DNA of 64,000 nucleotides from Bradymonadia bacterium (GTDB taxonomy: Bacteria > Myxococcota_A > Bradymonadia > UBA7976 > UBA1532): contig JBKAGE010000075.1 in NCBI GenBank assembly GCA_046290225.1, positions 96,001 to 160,000 on the forward strand. The letters run 5' to 3'. Under the pieces are notes generated by a model that was given only the letters and a program-made list of their open reading frames with translations, was not told where the DNA came from and did no database searches. Shown here piece after piece: positions 1 to 8,606 of this stretch; position 1 is the first letter of the stretch; every line of letters starts with the position of its first letter. The translations under genes and the position numbers were made by a program.

Positions 1-530
1 TGCGCATGGCCAGCCTCGAGTCGGTGAACCCTCAGGTGCTCCGCGACATCGAAGAGGCTCTCAAGACCGAGATGAAGGGCCTCGTGACGAGCCGCGGCCA
101 GGAGACCTCTGGCGTGCTCATGGTGGCGGAGATTTTGAATAGCATCGAGAAGAGCCAGGAGGAGGTCATCTTCGAGCAGTTGCAGGAAATCGACCCCGAT
201 CTCGCCGACGAGATCCGCAGCAACATGTTCGTCTTCGAGGACCTGCTCAAGATCGACGACCGCGGCATTCAAGCCCTGCTCAAGGAGGTGGACAACAACA
301 CCTTGCTGTACGCCCTGAAGATGGCCGCCGACGAATTGAAGAACAAGATCTTCGGCAACCTGTCGAGCCGCGCCGCGGAGATGATCCAGGAAGACATGGA
401 GGTCATGGGCCCCACCAAGCTGAGCGAGGTGGAGAAGGCCCAGGGCGAGATCACCGCCCTGGCCATGAAGCTCGAGGCCGAGGGCAAGATCGTCATCGCC
501 AAGGGCGGCGGCGACGAGCAGTATGTGTAA
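1..530 (+). CDS. fliG: Flagellar motor switch protein FliG (5'-truncated by window edge)
   Basis: FliG C-terminal motifs MFVFEDL, DDRGIQALLKEV, NLSSRAAEMIQEDME, EVEKAQ; directly upstream of fliH-fliI. Confidence 0.97.
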   Translation, partial: RMASLESVNPQVLRDIEEALKTEMKGLVTSRGQETSGVLMVAEILNSIEKSQEEVIFEQLQEIDPDLADEIRSNMFVFEDLLKIDDRGIQALLKEVDNNTLLYALKMAADELKNKIFGNLSSRAAEMIQEDMEVMGPTKLSEVEKAQGEITALAMKLEAEGKIVIAKGGGDEQYV

Positions 531-543
531 GGGGCGACGCTGA

Positions 544-1287
544 ATGGCGATTCTTCGACCAGAAGAGCAAGGACACATCTCCTCGGCGGTCTTTGGCGTC
601 GGGGGGCTCACCGATGCCCCCGCAGGCGATGTGCGCCCCTGGAGTCCCGCGGCGCCGGCGGCCCCCGAACCAGAGCCTGCGCCGGAGCCTGTGGTGGAGC
701 CCGAGAGTGCGCCGCCCGAGCAAGCGGCCCCCGCCGAGCCTCCACCCCCACCGGTCTTTGAGATCCCTGAAGAGCTGTTGGGGGCGCTGTACCAGGAGGT
801 GTTCCAGCAGGGCCTCGTCGACGGCAGGGCGCAAGGGGTGGCGGAGCTCGAGCCCTACAAGGCGAAGTACCTCAACGCGCTCACGGCCCTCGAAGGCCTC
901 AGCGAGGCCCTCGTGGAGCGCAACCGGGTGAGCGTGATCACCCTGGCATGCAAGGTGGCGGAGCAGGTGCTCCGTGCCCATCTGCGGCTGAGCCCGGCAG
1001 ATCTCATCGCCCAGGTGCAGTCGGTCATCGCCGAGATGGAGCCCGTGGAAGAGGTGATCGTGAGCGCCTCTGCCGATGACTTCGAGTACCTCACGGCTCA
1101 GAAAGAAGAGCTGGCGCAGGGTGTAGGCGCTGCCTTCACGGTGCAGGTGGTGCAGGACAACACCCTGGAGACAGGCGATTTTCAAGTGGCGACTCAGGGC
1201 ATCACCGCCGACGCCCGTATTCGCCAGCGCATCGCCACCCTCGAAGGGGCCATGCTTCAGGCGGCCTTGGAGGAGGGGACCTCATGA
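544..1287 (+). CDS. fliH: Flagellar assembly protein FliH
   Basis: Pro/Glu-rich N-terminus, FQQGLVDGRAQG GxxxG segment, C-terminal DNTLETGDFQV..G.TADAR; lies between fliG and fliI. Confidence 0.85.
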   Translation: MAILRPEEQGHISSAVFGVGGLTDAPAGDVRPWSPAAPAAPEPEPAPEPVVEPESAPPEQAAPAEPPPPPVFEIPEELLGALYQEVFQQGLVDGRAQGVAELEPYKAKYLNALTALEGLSEALVERNRVSVITLACKVAEQVLRAHLRLSPADLIAQVQSVIAEMEPVEEVIVSASADDFEYLTAQKEELAQGVGAAFTVQVVQDNTLETGDFQVATQGITADARIRQRIATLEGAMLQAALEEGTS

Positions 1288-2654
1288 GCGCCTCCCTGCT
1301 CGATCGCTTCGCCCCGGACTGGGAGACCCTGAGCCGAGGCATCGCCACCCTCGGCCGGCCCGATCAGGCCCTGGGGGTGAGCCTCACCGGCCGCGTAGAG
1401 CAGGTGGTAGGTCTGGTCATCGAGGCCGTGGTGCCTGAGGCTCGCATCGGCGCGCTGTACCATGTGGACATCCCCGGTCGAGTACCGTTGGTGGCCGAGG
1501 TGGTGGGCTTTCGGGCCAAGACGGCGTTGATGATGCCCCTCGGTGAGATCGAAGGCGTGCGCCAGGGTTGCCCTGTGCGCCCCATGAAGTCTCGCGCCGT
1601 GGCTCCGGTGGGCCCAGCGTTCCTCGGTCGAGCCATCGACGGGCTCGGCAGACCCCTCGACGGTGGCCCCATGCCCGAGGTGGCCGAGCTGGCCCCGCTG
1701 TACGCCAACCCCCCGAACCCCATGCTCAGAGCGCCGGTGCGTCAGCCGCTGTCGCTGGGTGTGCGGGCCATCGACGCCATGCTCACCTGCGGTCGCGGTC
1801 AGCGCCTGGGCATCATGGCGGGCTCCGGCGTGGGTAAGTCGACGTTGCTGGGCATGATGGCCCGCCAGACCGAAGCAGACGTGAACGTCATCGCCCTCAT
1901 CGGGGAGCGAGGCCGAGAGGTGCGCAACTTCGTAGAGCGCGATCTGGGCCCCGAGGGCATGAAGCGCTCGGTGCTGGTGGTGGCCACCAGCGACACCGCG
2001 CCCTTGATCCGGATCCGGGCTGCCTGGCTCGCCACCACCCTTGCGGAGTACTTCAGGCGTCAGGGCCAGCACGTACTGCTCATGATGGACTCCCTCACCC
2101 GCTTCGCCATGGCGCAGCGCGAGGTGGGCCTCGCCGTGGGTGAGCCCCCCACCACCCGCGGGTACACCCCCAGCGTCTTCACCCTGTTGCCTCGCTTGCT
2201 CGAGCGGGCAGGGAACGACGACGGCGAAGGCACCCTCACCGGGCTCTACACCGTGCTCGTCGAGGGGGACGACATGAACGATCCCGTGGGTGACGCTTCC
2301 CGAGCCATCCTCGACGGGCACATCGTGCTCAGCCGCGCCCTCGCCGCTCGGGCCCACTATCCCAGCATCGACATCCTCGAGAGCGCCAGCCGCTGCATGA
2401 ACGAGGTGACCACCAAGGCGCACCAGCAAGCAGCGGGCAAGGTGCGTCGGCTCATGGCCACCTGGGCGAAGGTGGAAGATCTCATTCGGATCGGCGCCTA
2501 TCAGCAGGGGAGTGATCCCGCTGCGGATGCTGCGGTGGCCCACATCGAATCCATCAACATGTTGCTGCAGCAGGGGGTGGAAGAGAACGCCACCTTCGAG
2601 AGAGCCGAGCAACAGCTCACGGCCATCGCCCGCAGGGCAGGAGGTGGGGCATGA
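1284..2654 (+). CDS. fliI: Flagellar export ATPase FliI
   Basis: Walker A AGSGVGKS, LIGERGREV, MMDSLTRFAMAQRE, GEPPTTRGYTPS, LDGHIVLSR; flagellar context. Confidence 0.97.
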   Translation: MSASLLDRFAPDWETLSRGIATLGRPDQALGVSLTGRVEQVVGLVIEAVVPEARIGALYHVDIPGRVPLVAEVVGFRAKTALMMPLGEIEGVRQGCPVRPMKSRAVAPVGPAFLGRAIDGLGRPLDGGPMPEVAELAPLYANPPNPMLRAPVRQPLSLGVRAIDAMLTCGRGQRLGIMAGSGVGKSTLLGMMARQTEADVNVIALIGERGREVRNFVERDLGPEGMKRSVLVVATSDTAPLIRIRAAWLATTLAEYFRRQGQHVLLMMDSLTRFAMAQREVGLAVGEPPTTRGYTPSVFTLLPRLLERAGNDDGEGTLTGLYTVLVEGDDMNDPVGDASRAILDGHIVLSRALAARAHYPSIDILESASRCMNEVTTKAHQQAAGKVRRLMATWAKVEDLIRIGAYQQGSDPAADAAVAHIESINMLLQQGVEENATFERAEQQLTAIARRAGGGA

Positions 2655-3358
2655 CACGCATCGCGTTGTTGGCGCTCCTCGTGGCGGCGCCCGCCATGGC
2701 CCAGGACAAGACGGAGCCACCGAAGGCGGCGGAGTCGAAGCCGGCCAAGACTGCCAAGGCGTCTAAAAAAATGGCCAAAAAAGACGAGGTGCCCGAGGTG
2801 CCTTACGAGCTGCCAGTCATGCCCAAGCCGGGCTCACCCCTGGACACCGTCGACACGCTCGACCCCGCCAACCTCATGGATCAAGGCCAGGTGCTCCGGT
2901 TCTTCCGTCAGGCCCGGGCCCGAGAGCGCGCCGCGAACCGGAAGTCTCTCGAGGCTGATCGTCGCATCGAGCGGCTGGGCAAGATGACCGCCGATCTCGA
3001 GTCTCGCTACGCCGCCTTGAGGGTGGTGCAAGAAGAGCTCTCCGCCAGCATGGAGAAAGAGCAGGCTCGGGTGGCTGCGGAGAAAAAGCGCGCTCAAGAA
3101 GAAGCAGACAATCAGAAGAAGGTTGCAGAGGGTCCCGAGCACGAGGCCAACATCGAGCGGCTGGCGTCGGTCTTCAACAAGATGAAGCCGGCGAAGGCGG
3201 GCAAGGTGGTGGCCCGCATGGACAAGAGCCTGGTGGTGGAGGTGCTCATGCGCCTCAAAGATCGTCAGGCTGCGAAGATTCTCGCCGAGGTGGAGCCCTC
3301 GGTGGCGGCGCGGCTGTCCCAGATGATGGCGGCCCGCAAGGCCAGACAGACCAACTGA
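2651..3358 (+). CDS. MotE/FlbB(YlxF)-like periplasmic flagellar protein
   Basis: Signal peptide, coiled coil, C-terminal FNKMKPAKAGKVV..MD..LMRLKDRQAAKILAE (MgtE_N-like fold typical of this family); sits before fliK. Confidence 0.75.
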   Translation: MTRIALLALLVAAPAMAQDKTEPPKAAESKPAKTAKASKKMAKKDEVPEVPYELPVMPKPGSPLDTVDTLDPANLMDQGQVLRFFRQARARERAANRKSLEADRRIERLGKMTADLESRYAALRVVQEELSASMEKEQARVAAEKKRAQEEADNQKKVAEGPEHEANIERLASVFNKMKPAKAGKVVARMDKSLVVEVLMRLKDRQAAKILAEVEPSVAARLSQMMAARKARQTN

Positions 3359-3416
3359 TCTACGATCTCCCCGAACAATGGGGACACAGCATCGCTTTGG
3401 AAGATAGGAGACAGTC

Positions 3417-4949
3417 ATGCAGACAGTCCTCGGTGGCGGGGTGCGCCCTGCTGGGGCTCAAAGTGGCCAGCCTTCATCGGCACAGAGCGGTGAGTCGCTC
3501 GGAGGTGAGGGCTTCGAGGCGCTGCTCACAGGCGCTGTGGCCCCAGCGTCGTCCAAGTCGATTGAGGGGGCCCCACACAGTGGTGAAGACGCCACCGAGC
3601 AAGCTGGCGAGAGTCAGGACGAGACGGTCGACATGGCCTCGGTGATGGCTTTCAACGCCTCAGCTCTGGTCAATGAACAACTGTCGATGAGCACTCCTCC
3701 TCAGGTCACCGGGGGCATGCCTCAAGCAGGGCAGGGGAAGCATCACTCTCTCGGACATGGGCCTCTCGGCTCTCAAACTGTGCTGCAGCCCGTCGGTGTG
3801 CAATTGCCCGTTGGGCAGAGTGGTGAAGTCAGCGGTGATGAGATGGGGACGCCCCAAGTCAAGGCTCCGCAGGTCGTAGCTGCGGAGGTGACCGTCTCGG
3901 AGATCGCTGCATCAACCCGAAGCGTTGGCGCCGCTGGGACGCAAGGCTCTGGAGCTCCAGGCTGGTCAGGTCAGGCCCCAAGTGTCCAAATCGCTACGCA
4001 GCAGCCCTCCGTACGCATCGATGCGCTGGCGCTCAAGAGCAGAGACATGGACTCGAGCGTCATCCTCGAAGTTCAAGACGACATGGTGTTGGAGTCCATC
4101 GAGCTGAGCGTGCCCAAGGCGGTTCGATTCGAGATGCCTGCTGTGGTGCAGGGGGCACGCACACCAGCAGCTCCGTCAATCGAGCCGCCCGCCGTGGACC
4201 TCGCCGCAGAGCCAAAACAGGAGATCGCTTCCGAAAAGGCCGGCTTCGAGTCGGAGTCCGCCTCTGATGATGGGGCAGAGGCTGACGCTCGTTCCCAACA
4301 ACAGGGTCAGCGACAGAGCCACAGCGAGGGCCGATTCGCCAACACGACCCGGCTCACGGCTCAGGGCGCGGCGCCAGCGTCGATCAACGCCCCCGCTGCA
4401 TCGATCAACGCCCCTGTGGAGGTGACCTCACCTCTACCCAACAACGCACCCGCCCAGACCTCGACCCCGGGACGGCCGACCATGCCCGACACGGAGTCGA
4501 TCATGCGTCAGATCACCGACGGACTGCGGGTGAAGACTGACGGTGGGATCCGCCGAGCGGAGATGGTCCTGCAGCCCGAAGCCCTGGGCAAAGTGCAGAT
4601 GGAGATGGAGATCGAGGGCCAGAACGTACGTCTCAGGCTGATCACCGAGCGATCTGACGTGCAGGCCCTCGCCCGAGCGCAAGAAGGCCAGCTGCGCTCG
4701 GCACTCATGGCACAGGGCCTGCAGATAGAGAGCATCACCATCGAAACCGCCGAGCCACCCGTGGGGCAACAGCACCATGAGGGGCAACAGCCGGGCAATG
4801 GCTTCGGACAGACGGCGAGTGGTCAGGGAGACGGCAGGCGTCACAGCCAGGCCCTCGACCACGGACCAGAAGATCGATGGGGTGAGGTTCAACCCGAGGC
4901 CTCGGAGGCGCCGGTGACGGCCCCCGGGCGCTTGCGTTTGAAGGCATAG
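3417..4949 (+). CDS. fliK: Flagellar hook-length control protein FliK
   Basis: Long low-complexity N-terminus; C-terminal AEMVLQPEALGKVQM...LRSALMAQGL; RBS AGGAG; precedes flgD. Confidence 0.88.
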   Translation: MQTVLGGGVRPAGAQSGQPSSAQSGESLGGEGFEALLTGAVAPASSKSIEGAPHSGEDATEQAGESQDETVDMASVMAFNASALVNEQLSMSTPPQVTGGMPQAGQGKHHSLGHGPLGSQTVLQPVGVQLPVGQSGEVSGDEMGTPQVKAPQVVAAEVTVSEIAASTRSVGAAGTQGSGAPGWSGQAPSVQIATQQPSVRIDALALKSRDMDSSVILEVQDDMVLESIELSVPKAVRFEMPAVVQGARTPAAPSIEPPAVDLAAEPKQEIASEKAGFESESASDDGAEADARSQQQGQRQSHSEGRFANTTRLTAQGAAPASINAPAASINAPVEVTSPLPNNAPAQTSTPGRPTMPDTESIMRQITDGLRVKTDGGIRRAEMVLQPEALGKVQMEMEIEGQNVRLRLITERSDVQALARAQEGQLRSALMAQGLQIESITIETAEPPVGQQHHEGQQPGNGFGQTASGQGDGRRHSQALDHGPEDRWGEVQPEASEAPVTAPGRLRLKA

Positions 4950-4961
4950 AAAGGAGGTCGT

Positions 4962-5627
4962 GTGTCGATCAGCGTCGTCGATCAGGCCGATCAGCTCGCC
5001 GCGCAGACGGTTTCAGCAGATCGCCAGCAGGCCAGCATGGACAAAGAGGCCTTCCTCACCCTGCTGGTGGCTCAGATCTCCAATCAAGATCCGATGAACG
5101 CTCAGGGCAGTGAGCAGTTCATGGAGCAGATCAGCCAGTTCTCCATGCTCGAGCAGATGATGAATCTGAACGAGGGGGTGAACCGCCTGGCCCTGGGCCA
5201 GATCAGCAACAACAACCAGGAGGCCCTGACCTTCGTGGGTCGGGACATCGTCTCCGGCAGTGATCAGATCGAGCGCATCGACGGCGCCCCGGTGGAGTTC
5301 CAGGTGCGCCCTGGCGGTCCGGCGTCGGAGCTGACGGTGCGCATCTATGACAGCGAGGGCGAGTTGGTCCGCACGATGGACGGTGCTTCGTCCCCAGATG
5401 GTGCCCCGGTGGATCTCACCTGGGACGGCCTGGACGAGGAGGGCGGCCCCACACCGGATGGTCGCTATCGCATCGAGGTGGAGGGCGCCAGCGCCGACGG
5501 CGAGGTGGTGTTGTCTCAAGTGCGGACCCGCGGTCGAGTGACCGGGGTGCGCTTCGACGAAGGTTATCCAGAGCTCCTGGTGGGCGACCGCCGGGTGAAG
5601 ATGTCCGAGGTGGTGGAGGTGGAGTGA
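4962..5627 (+). CDS. flgD: Flagellar hook capping protein FlgD
   Basis: FLTLLVAQISNQDPM, QISQFSMLEQ, WDGLDEEG..DGRY; RBS AGGAGG, GTG start. Confidence 0.96.
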   Translation: MSISVVDQADQLAAQTVSADRQQASMDKEAFLTLLVAQISNQDPMNAQGSEQFMEQISQFSMLEQMMNLNEGVNRLALGQISNNNQEALTFVGRDIVSGSDQIERIDGAPVEFQVRPGGPASELTVRIYDSEGELVRTMDGASSPDGAPVDLTWDGLDEEGGPTPDGRYRIEVEGASADGEVVLSQVRTRGRVTGVRFDEGYPELLVGDRRVKMSEVVEVE

Positions 5628-5664
5628 ACCACCTCCCTGAAATCCCTCAAGAAAGGAAGATGAG

Positions 5665-6951
5665 ATGAGCAGTTTGCTGGGATCGATGTACACCGGAAAC
5701 TCGGGCATCCAGGTCAACGGGATCGGGGTGTCGGTGGTGGGCGACAACATCGCCAACACGAACACCACGGGTTTCAAGGCCTCCCGAGCGCACTTTCAAG
5801 AGACGTTCTCCCAGATGATGGTGAACACCCGCGGCTCGGATCAGCTGGGCAAGGGGGCTACGCTGCAACGCATCGAGAAGATGTTCTCTGCGGGCAGCTT
5901 CAAGGCCACGGGGGTGCCCACGGACATGGCGATCAACGGGGATGGCTTCTTCATCACCAATGATCCACAGCAGCCGGGGGCGAACATGTACACCCGCGCT
6001 GGGGCCTTCCGCTTCGACAACGAGAACTACCTGGTAGACCCTGGGGGCAACCGCGTGCAGGGCTTCTCCGCAGGCACGGATGGCACGGTGAACACCGCCC
6101 TGGGCGACATTCAGCTCGACGCCTCGATGATGCCGCCCTCGGCGACGACGACGGTGGAGATGCAGGCGAACCTGAACCCCGAGCCTTCGGAGGCGGGCCA
6201 GCCCCCGGACACCTTCCGCCAGGGCATGACCATCTACGACAGCACGGGGGTGAGCCGTCAGGTGACGGCGGTGTTCACGCCGAACGCCGGGAACGCGGGT
6301 CAGTGGGACGTGACGCTGGAGGTGCCCACCTCAGATCTGGCGGCGCCTGCTGATCCGAACGCCGAGTTCGAGTCGATCAACGTGGGCTCGATCACCTTCA
6401 ACGACTCCGGACGCCTGGATCAGCAGAACCTGAACAACCCGGTGGCCATCGGCTGGAACAACGCCGCCGCGGGTGCGGTGAGCTTCGACTTCGGCGATGA
6501 CATCCAGGGGGGTGGCACGGGGGCCTCGGGGGTGACGCAATACGCCCTGCAGCCGAGCCAGCTCTCTGATCTGCAGACGGACGGCAACGCCCCAGGCAGC
6601 CTCGACGGCGTCATCATCGACGATCAAGGCCGCATCAACATGGCCTACACCAACGGCGAGACCCGCATCGCCGGCCAGGTGGCCCTGGCCCGCTTCAATG
6701 ATCCCACCGAGCTGGTCTCGGTGGGCGGCAACGGCTTCATCGCCTCGCCCGCCAGTGGCGAAGCTGTGGTGGGCAACCCGGGCACTGGCGGCCGCGGCGC
6801 GGTGCAGTCGGGGGCCCTGGAAATGTCGAACGTAGAGCTCTCCGAGCAGTTCGTGGATCTGATCGCCTTCCAGCGTGGCTATCAGGGGAACGCACGAACG
6901 ATCACCACCGCCGATAATCTGCTTCAGGAGGTGATCCAGCTCGTCCGATAG
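5665..6951 (+). CDS. flgE: Flagellar hook protein FlgE
   Basis: GDNIANTNTTGFK, DMAINGDGFF, YTRAGAF, LEMSNVELS, QRGYQGNARTITT. Confidence 0.97.
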   Translation: MSSLLGSMYTGNSGIQVNGIGVSVVGDNIANTNTTGFKASRAHFQETFSQMMVNTRGSDQLGKGATLQRIEKMFSAGSFKATGVPTDMAINGDGFFITNDPQQPGANMYTRAGAFRFDNENYLVDPGGNRVQGFSAGTDGTVNTALGDIQLDASMMPPSATTTVEMQANLNPEPSEAGQPPDTFRQGMTIYDSTGVSRQVTAVFTPNAGNAGQWDVTLEVPTSDLAAPADPNAEFESINVGSITFNDSGRLDQQNLNNPVAIGWNNAAAGAVSFDFGDDIQGGGTGASGVTQYALQPSQLSDLQTDGNAPGSLDGVIIDDQGRINMAYTNGETRIAGQVALARFNDPTELVSVGGNGFIASPASGEAVVGNPGTGGRGAVQSGALEMSNVELSEQFVDLIAFQRGYQGNARTITTADNLLQEVIQLVR

Positions 6952-6964
6952 ATTGTAGAGTGGG

Positions 6965-6998
6965 GCGCCCGCGTTATGGTGCGGGCGCGCTCTTTTTT
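6965..6998 (+). terminator. Intrinsic terminator after flgE
   Basis: GCGCCCGC/GCGGGCGC stem (6965-6972 / 6981-6988) followed by GCTC and TTTTTT. Confidence 0.75.
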
Positions 6999-7149
6999 CA
7001 TCTAACTGTGTACCTGGCCCGGTGGATGTCGACCCATGTCCGCCAGAGCGCTGTGTGCACGCCTATTTATCAAGCTCGCCTGATCATTGGGCGCGACCCA
7101 CGCCTTCTGATCCTCGACAGGCCCCTGGTTATCTGAGAGACCCCATCTG

Positions 7150-7186
7150 GCCACCTGACGCGACCCACGTCAGGTGGCTTTTTTTT
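7150..7186 (+). terminator. Second, orphan intrinsic terminator
   Basis: Perfect 11-bp stem GCCACCTGACG/CGTCAGGTGGC, 7-nt loop, then T8. Confidence 0.8.
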
Positions 7187-7216
7187 ATGGCTCCATCACA
7201 CATGTGAGGGGGGCAT

Positions 7217-7759
7217 CGAATTGGGGGTCGACGGAGGTGGTGGCTGGGCCTTTGTAGGCAGTTATCGCTTCGCTCTGACTGCGTAGGCGCCGGGCCTTCG
7301 GCAGCCCTGCGGGCCGCCTCGTCTGGCGCGTACACGTTCAGGCACCTGCTGACGCAGGCACCTTCCCGGGTAGGCAGGGTCGCTCAATGCTGACGCATTG
7401 ATTGCTCGCTCCCCTGCGTAAAGAGCTTCTTCTGTATCTCGTTGCTTAACCCCGCCGGGGTTCGGCCTACCGCGAACCTGAAAGCCTCTGAGTATGAACG
7501 CTAGGCGTAAGCCCCAACAGCGTTGGAAGCAGCACAAAGCCACACCAAAAGTGACTTTTTACGCAGGGGAGCGAGCGAATAAGGCGAAGCCTTGAGCGAC
7601 CCTGCCTACCCGGAGGCCTGCTCGCGCCAGCGAGCGTGCCGACGTGTACGCAGCTCCAAGGCGGGCCGCAGGCCGGCCGACAGAGCTGCCTACGCAGGCG
7701 GAGCGAAGCGACGACTGCCTACAAAGGCCCAGCCACCACCTCCATCACTCCCCAATTCG
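7217..7759. repeat. Palindromic non-coding element copy 1 (REPIN/MITE-like; ~200-bp imperfect inverted arms and a 135-bp core)
   Basis: Left GGAGGTGGTGGCTGGGCCTTTGTAGGCAGT (7233-) pairs with right ACTGCCTACAAAGGCCCAGCCACCACCTCC (-7743); inner 19-bp IR at 7404-7422 / 7558-7576; homologous to 22296-22813. Confidence 0.92.
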
Positions 7760-7782
7760 GCACTTGGCCAGTTCTCTCGTTC

Positions 7783-8517
7783 TCAGATGCGGGTGAGCAC
7801 CATCGTCCTCGGACCATCGAGGCTCTCCGGGCGGGGATCGCCTGGGCCACCGCTGGCGAAGTAGAGCTGATCACCTTCGATGTGCATGAGCGCGCCGGAG
7901 GCGATGCCCAGAGCAGGACCACAGACAGGGGTGATGTCTACGGGGAAGGGGGACTGTCCGCCGTGTACGGTGAGCTGGGCAGCGGAAATGGTGTCGAAAC
8001 CCTTGCGCACCACCATGAAGCCGTTGCCGAACAAGAAGCTCATCTTGCCCTGAGGGGTGTCCATGCTCCAGGCGCCAGCAAGGCCCGGTAGATCGGCGCT
8101 GGTGGCCTCGGGCTTGACGCCGGCGGGGCCCAAAGCGGTGAAGACAAAGGGATAGTCCGCAGGCCACCAGAGGGCCTCGTCTTCGCCAATGGAGACGCAG
8201 GCGACGACCCGGGCGTCCCCATGGGCATCGAGCACATCGCAGATGGCCTGCTTGCCTGCCTCGAGGTTGTGGATCGCGAAGAACAGGTTCATGGCTCCGG
8301 AGCCGAAATCAGAGCCATCCCCACTGCCAGCGGCGGATGTCTTCAGGGCTTGCTGAAGCTGGCCATAGAGCTGCTCGGCGAAGGCTTGATCGGCTTCGCT
8401 GTGCACCAGAATCTGCACACACAGATTCCCACTCTCACCGGTGGGGGCGGCCTGTGGTTCGCTCGGTGTCTCGGCAGGCTGTGCTTTGCCTTTGAGGAGG
8501 CGTGATAAAAAGCCCAT
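7783..8517 (-). CDS. Hypothetical protein
   Basis: 244-aa ORF with host-like codon usage, starts MGFLSRLLKG, upstream GGGAG RBS-like motif; no family recognised. Confidence 0.75.
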   Translation of the reverse strand: MGFLSRLLKGKAQPAETPSEPQAAPTGESGNLCVQILVHSEADQAFAEQLYGQLQQALKTSAAGSGDGSDFGSGAMNLFFAIHNLEAGKQAICDVLDAHGDARVVACVSIGEDEALWWPADYPFVFTALGPAGVKPEATSADLPGLAGAWSMDTPQGKMSFLFGNGFMVVRKGFDTISAAQLTVHGGQSPFPVDITPVCGPALGIASGALMHIEGDQLYFASGGPGDPRPESLDGPRTMVLTRI

Positions 8518-8606
8518 TGCTTCAGTTCTCCCAATTCATCCGGTGTGCTGAGAGGCAGATAGGGCCATGAGTCAGTGGTTGAATCAACCTGAACTGTCAG
8601 GGGTTC

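Noticed and set aside
4377..4415. 21-bp-period duplication in fliK (ASINAP x2)
   Set aside because: In-frame slippage in a disordered ruler region; ordinary
7217..7759. Retron msr-msd, tRNA or c-di-GMP riboswitch interpretation of the element
   Set aside because: There is no adjacent reverse transcriptase, no cloverleaf or T-loop, and no recognisable GEMM consensus; the arms are much longer than retron a1/a2
7262..8091. ORFs crossing palindromic copy 1 (also 22403-23279 crossing copy 2)
   Set aside because: Reading frames are not conserved between the homologous copies, there is no RBS or family motif, and no transposase signature
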